DNA of 59,809 nt. Origin: a virus. Its lineage: Duplodnaviria; Caudoviricetes. Below, in pieces: positions 55,934 to 59,809 of the stretch (the first letter of the stretch is position 1; each line of letters begins with the position of its first letter). The stretch lies in IMG/VR virus record IMGVR_UViG_3300032227_000277, positions 1 to 59,809 of that record. One strand, given 5' to 3'. The translations under genes and the position numbers were made by a program. The notes under the pieces are model-generated. The model was not told the DNA's origin, ran no database searches, and saw only the letters and a list, made by a program, of their open reading frames with translations.

Positions 55934-56533
55934 TCAGTAGTTCATGGGTTTGATGCCGATACCGAACTTCGAACCCTGAGTGTGGAGCGTGATGTCGTTC
56001 TCTGTCTTTATCTCGTTCCAGAACCTTGGAACCTCGACGTAATGCCCAGCGCACCCCAAACCGGGAGTTGCGCAGGTATCGTGGAACGCCACGGCTCCGC
56101 CAGAGCGAACGCACTGACTGAACCAAATGTAGTCATTCTGGACTCCCGTGTAGGTGTGATCTCCGTCGATGAAAAGGAAGTCCACGTTTCCACGCTCGCG
56201 CTGAGCCAAAGCGTGCGCCTCTCGGCTATGGGAGTCGATCAAGTGAAGGTCAACCGTGATGCCTCTGCCCTGCAAATTCTTGACACAGTCACGAAGGGCT
56301 TGCTCGGAGTTGTTTCTACCCCACAGAGACCCCGGCAGGTCCACGATTACGACTCTCTCCAAGAAGGGCATGGACGCTTCCGCCAATCGAAGGATGGAGC
56401 GACCATGCCGTGAACCGATCTCCATGATCGTCTTCGGGCGAAGTTCCCTGACGTATTGGCAAAGCGACTCAAACTCGTCTGGGTCTTGGGGCGGATACTT
56501 GAAGTAGGAGTGCGCTATTTCCATCATACGCAC
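55934..56533 (-). CDS. Class I SAM methyltransferase (Methyltransf_24-like)
   Basis: MEIGSRHGRS, DFLFIDGDHTY, GGAVAFHD, VPRFW. Confidence 0.9.
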   Translation of the reverse strand: MRMMEIAHSYFKYPPQDPDEFESLCQYVRELRPKTIMEIGSRHGRSILRLAEASMPFLERVVIVDLPGSLWGRNNSEQALRDCVKNLQGRGITVDLHLIDSHSREAHALAQRERGNVDFLFIDGDHTYTGVQNDYIWFSQCVRSGGAVAFHDTCATPGLGCAGHYVEVPRFWNEIKTENDITLHTQGSKFGIGIKPMNY

Positions 56534-56536
56534 ACG

Positions 56537-56800
56537 TTAGCTTTTAAGGGTTACGAAGCAAGGCGTATATTCGCCAACCCACGCGCCCACCTGATTGAAC
56601 TCCCAGAACTCCTGAGCTTCTTCTTCGCTCTCAATCCCGTCATCCATCAGCTTTTGTATGACCTTGCTTTTGTCATAGCAGATGATCGGAGACCGTCCGT
56701 ATTGCTCCACGATACCGATGATACAATCATCATACCCGTCCATTCTAACCAGTTCATCATCAGTGAATTGGCTCAACAAGTCGTCAATCTCGCAGGTCAT
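56537..56800 (-). CDS. Hypothetical phage protein
   Basis: DGYDDCIIG...YD..K...EEAQEFWEFN..GAWVGE.TP. Confidence 0.75.
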   Translation of the reverse strand: MTCEIDDLLSQFTDDELVRMDGYDDCIIGIVEQYGRSPIICYDKSKVIQKLMDDGIESEEEAQEFWEFNQVGAWVGEYTPCFVTLKS

Positions 56801-56824
56801 ATTGTTATCGTTATTTGTGTTTTG

Positions 56825-58495
56825 TTAGGCTAAAAGTAACTTACCGCGCTTCTCCAGCATTTCCCAAGCAACGCTCATTGCATCCATCTGGTCATCGTGC
56901 TTACCGTCAGGGAACGTATCAAGTTCATCAATGAACTCCTTGGTCCACTCGGCTTGAACCACGACGACTTGTCCAGCCTCAACTTTGTTGAGCCATGACT
57001 GTGCGCGGAGTAGCTTTGAGCCTCCGCCTTCTGAGCGTTTGGGAGGGTTTTTCAACTCGACCTTCACTCTTCCCATAAGAGCGTCACGAACGTCTTCAAC
57101 GACACCCTTGAAGCCACCGACACCTTCCATACCCATGCGAAGCACGCGAATGGCTGGCTCGTCTCCGTCGTCACCTTCAATGACTCCCGCTTGCGGGTAG
57201 CCCTTCAAATCGACCTCGGCTTGAAGCGTGATGAGCGAACGCATCTTAGCCCAAGCCAACCTACGCCGTATGATGTTGAGGACGTATATCGTCTTGGACT
57301 TTCTATCGTATCCAAGAAGCGCACCAGCCGTGTAGTCAGCCGTCTGCGCCTCACTGAGAGCCGTATCCCAGCCGCGAACGATTTCGTCTATGTTATCCCA
57401 AGGAACGTCCGACATCCTTATATACTTGATGTTGGACAGGTCTGTCAGCCCACTACTAGCCGCCCGTGGCATCCCTCTATACTGACTGTCCCACTCGTAG
57501 GCCGGAATGGTTGCTTTGATGCCTTGCAAGAACGAGAGCGGACGTTCTTCTGGAAAGAGAGCCTCGTGTGGACCACGCCCAAGCACATCCGTCTCACCTT
57601 CCTCCAGAAAAGCTGGAATGTTGATGAAGTTGAACTGCTTGTCCTCTCTACCCTCCGCGACAAGCTGATTGATGTGCTCCTCACTGGTCAAGTGTCCAAT
57701 CAGGTCGTCGGGATGCCAGCGTGTTCCGATCAAGAACTGCTTCGCCTTTGGGTGTAGACGCGTGAAGCAGTCACCGAAATACCACTGAACCACCTTCTCG
57801 CGAAGAACCGGAGACTCAGCCTCGGCACGCCCTGCGTGAACGTCATCCATTATCAGCAAATCGACACGACGACCAGTCAGCTTGGAACCGGAGGACTTCG
57901 CCACCACGCCTCCGCCTTTTGTCGTCACCCACTCATCAGACTTGTTACTTCCGCGAACTGGGTGGACACCGGGAAAGACCAACTGATAGAGCGGAGACTC
58001 CATTCTCGCCCTGATCGACTTTGAGAACTTCGTCACGAGCGTGTGCGAGAACCCCGTTATCGCGACATTGTATGTGGGATAGCAGCCCAGCACCCAAGAA
58101 GGAGCCTCCACTGAGAGCAACGAGCTTTTGCCATGCTGCGGAGGAAGACTCACTGCCGTATTTGACGTAAGCTCGTCGTTCATAATTTGCTGAACGAGCG
58201 TGATCAAATACCTGTGGACATCGCCAAGCACAAACGGCGAAAACCCCTGCGGATTGAACAAGTGGTAGTAGGCGAGGAAATTCGTGCGCGAAAGCTCTAT
58301 GAGCGTTGAGAGCAGCAGAGCATACTCCTCATCAGAAACCCCGTGAGGAACGTCCACCATACCCGTGCGTATGGCGTGCTCGGCGCACTCTTGCGGCGTA
58401 GCCGACTCAAGTGGGTGGGGGGCTTTCTTGCGCGACAACTTTGTCGGCAACACAACTTTGGGCTTTCTGGGCATATCAGCTTTCCTCCTCTTCAC
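56825..58495 (-). CDS. terL: Terminase large subunit
   Basis: PPQHGKS, LIMDD, GTRWHPDDL, GWDTA, FPDGKHDDQMDA. Confidence 0.95.
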   Translation of the reverse strand: MKRRKADMPRKPKVVLPTKLSRKKAPHPLESATPQECAEHAIRTGMVDVPHGVSDEEYALLLSTLIELSRTNFLAYYHLFNPQGFSPFVLGDVHRYLITLVQQIMNDELTSNTAVSLPPQHGKSSLLSVEAPSWVLGCYPTYNVAITGFSHTLVTKFSKSIRARMESPLYQLVFPGVHPVRGSNKSDEWVTTKGGGVVAKSSGSKLTGRRVDLLIMDDVHAGRAEAESPVLREKVVQWYFGDCFTRLHPKAKQFLIGTRWHPDDLIGHLTSEEHINQLVAEGREDKQFNFINIPAFLEEGETDVLGRGPHEALFPEERPLSFLQGIKATIPAYEWDSQYRGMPRAASSGLTDLSNIKYIRMSDVPWDNIDEIVRGWDTALSEAQTADYTAGALLGYDRKSKTIYVLNIIRRRLAWAKMRSLITLQAEVDLKGYPQAGVIEGDDGDEPAIRVLRMGMEGVGGFKGVVEDVRDALMGRVKVELKNPPKRSEGGGSKLLRAQSWLNKVEAGQVVVVQAEWTKEFIDELDTFPDGKHDDQMDAMSVAWEMLEKRGKLLLA

Positions 58496-59165
58496 CGTCC
58501 TCAGCCTCCCGTGCCTCCTGCTCTTCCTCGTCCCTATCGTCGTCCACCGTTGCCTCGACGTAGCGAACTACCTCAGCCTCTTGAACAGCTTTCGAAGACG
58601 TTTCCAAAAGCCGGGGATTTTGTTTCAGCAAATCAGAAAGAGCGAGCCGCAGAGAATCTGCTGGAACATCCGACTTGAAATTTATCTGGACGTTGTTCTG
58701 AACATTGCCGCCATATCCAACGGGGTTTCCTTCTCCATCCAAAGCCATCACCGTAGGCTTTCCATACCCCCTATCTCGCCCCTTCCTCTCAAGAAACCAC
58801 CGCATCGAACGCAAGTCCTTCTCTTCCACCGTCGTCTTAATGAACAACGACTCCATTCTGTCCACCACTCCCTCGGCTATGTCATTGGTCGCCTCAGCAT
58901 ATGTAGCGTCAGACGCCAACCACCTGTAGTGCGTCATGCGGCTTATGCCCACCTTGTCGCACGCATAGACCACGTTTCCATGAGAACGGGAAAGGTGAAA
59001 GAGCATCAACTCCTTGCGCTCCGTGACCTTCGTCTGAAGATTTTCACCCACCGTGCTACTCCCACTCCGCTTAACCTTGGCAGCAGGGCGCTTCGCTTTC
59101 GAAACGCTCTTCTCGCCCCGCAACTTCTTGCGCGAGCGGACTTTTACTACAGGTAGGTCAGGCAT
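58476..59165 (-). CDS. terS: Terminase small subunit-like HTH protein
   Basis: GNVVYACDKVGISRMTHYRW, FLERKGRDRGY; directly upstream of TerL. Confidence 0.75.
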   Translation of the reverse strand: MPDLPVVKVRSRKKLRGEKSVSKAKRPAAKVKRSGSSTVGENLQTKVTERKELMLFHLSRSHGNVVYACDKVGISRMTHYRWLASDATYAEATNDIAEGVVDRMESLFIKTTVEEKDLRSMRWFLERKGRDRGYGKPTVMALDGEGNPVGYGGNVQNNVQINFKSDVPADSLRLALSDLLKQNPRLLETSSKAVQEAEVVRYVEATVDDDRDEEEQEAREAEDGEEEES

Positions 59166-59198
59166 AGCAAAGAAACATGGCTCAAATAAGGGCGAACG

Positions 59199-59702
59199 TC
59201 AATTCCATGTATGCCCACATCGCGGACACTCATTACACTCGTCCTCCTCGACTGCCTCAAAAGAAACCTGCCTCTTCGTCGTTGCAGCAACCTTCTTCTG
59301 CGGAAACCAATCGAAATCAACCATTGCCATTCCGTCGTCCTCCAGCATTTCGAACTCCTCTTCCAGCAAGTCCAAATCCCAGTGGGCAAACTCCGAAGCC
59401 TTGTTGACCATCAAACGGAGAAGGCGAACCTCCTTCTCACTCATCTCATCGCACCGAATCACCGGAACCTCCTCCATTCCCATCTCTTTCGCAGCCTTGG
59501 CGCGGAGGTGACCGTCAATAATGTCATGCCCCTTCACCAGAATAGGAACGCGAAATCCCACTGCTTCGATCACCGCAACCATATCCGCCACAGCATGATC
59601 GTTTTTGCGTGGATTGTTCGCGTAAGGAACAAGCGAATCAGTCGGAGCATACTCCACGCTCATATTCGGCTTCTTTTTAGAACTGCGGCTTCTCACTTTC
59701 AT
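59199..59702 (-). CDS. ParB/Srx N-terminal domain protein with C-terminal Zn ribbon
   Basis: LVPYANNPRKND, GFRVPI, IIDGHLR, CPRCGH; start 59702 or 59663. Confidence 0.85.
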   Translation of the reverse strand: MKVRSRSSKKKPNMSVEYAPTDSLVPYANNPRKNDHAVADMVAVIEAVGFRVPILVKGHDIIDGHLRAKAAKEMGMEEVPVIRCDEMSEKEVRLLRLMVNKASEFAHWDLDLLEEEFEMLEDDGMAMVDFDWFPQKKVAATTKRQVSFEAVEEDECNECPRCGHTWN

Positions 59703-59718
59703 AAAGTAGCCTAGCAGA

Positions 59719-59734
59719 TTGCACGTTCGTGCAA
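59719..59734. repeat. Dispersed palindrome copy 17
   Basis: TTGCACGTTCGTGCAA. Confidence 0.9.
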
Positions 59735-59809
59735 AACCGTTTTTTTCCAATTTTACAAAAATCCACCACCTGTTCGTCCCCCGCTACCCTCGCCAGATTT
59801 TCGACCTAC

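Noticed and set aside
59199-59702. ParB as proof of a plasmid-prophage partition system
   Set aside because: Only the N-terminal domain plus a Zn ribbon, next to terminase as is common in phages; no HTH and no ParA seen.
50545-59714. Other long plus-strand ORFs (50545..51357, 55664..56413, 58365..59156, 59211..59714)
   Set aside because: All antisense to well-supported genes, with no recognisable domains.
1770-59734. Palindromes as CRISPR repeats or intrinsic terminators
   Set aside because: Kilobases apart with no spacer array; no U-tracts. The Cas4-like gene has no other cas genes nearby.
1-59809. Genome-wide TAG reassignment
   Set aside because: All other long genes are intact in code 11, and TAG appears to end several genes (11204, 23784, 28774, 46040, 48926).

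Overview
A 60 kb segment of a tailed dsDNA phage (siphovirus-type, HK97-style head module, TP901-family tape measure), with essentially every real gene on the minus strand. In transcription order (right to left): ParB-N protein, terminases, methyl/sulfo-transferases, portal, protease, capsid, neck, tail, tail fibres, glycosyl/methyl-transferases, a lysis cassette (amidase, holin, TM-PAS protein), a Ycf46-like AAA ATPase/DUF1257/DUF2997 module, then replication and recombination genes (initiator with internal iterons, DnaC-like, DnaB, UDG-PolA, primase, SSB, SF2 helicase, RecA, nucleases, RNase H). Most notable: (1) a PolA intein whose HNH homing endonuclease is encoded in the +1 frame inside the intein; (2) a 600-bp GIY-YIG cassette between 8-bp direct repeats that splits the start of the DUF1257 gene and rebuilds it with a new promoter, SD and ATA start; (3) 17 dispersed copies of a TTGCAC-N3/4-GTGCAA palindrome, mostly at gene junctions; (4) a stand-alone PAS sensor coupled to the holin; (5) a dual-frame C5 methyltransferase; (6) a Cas4-like nuclease whose Cys cluster lies beyond an in-frame TAG. 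I saw no tRNA, rRNA, CRISPR array or integrase. CA-rich, SD-poor leaders hint at a PVC/Bacteroidota-type host (inference only). All family calls are by eye from motifs, not database searches.
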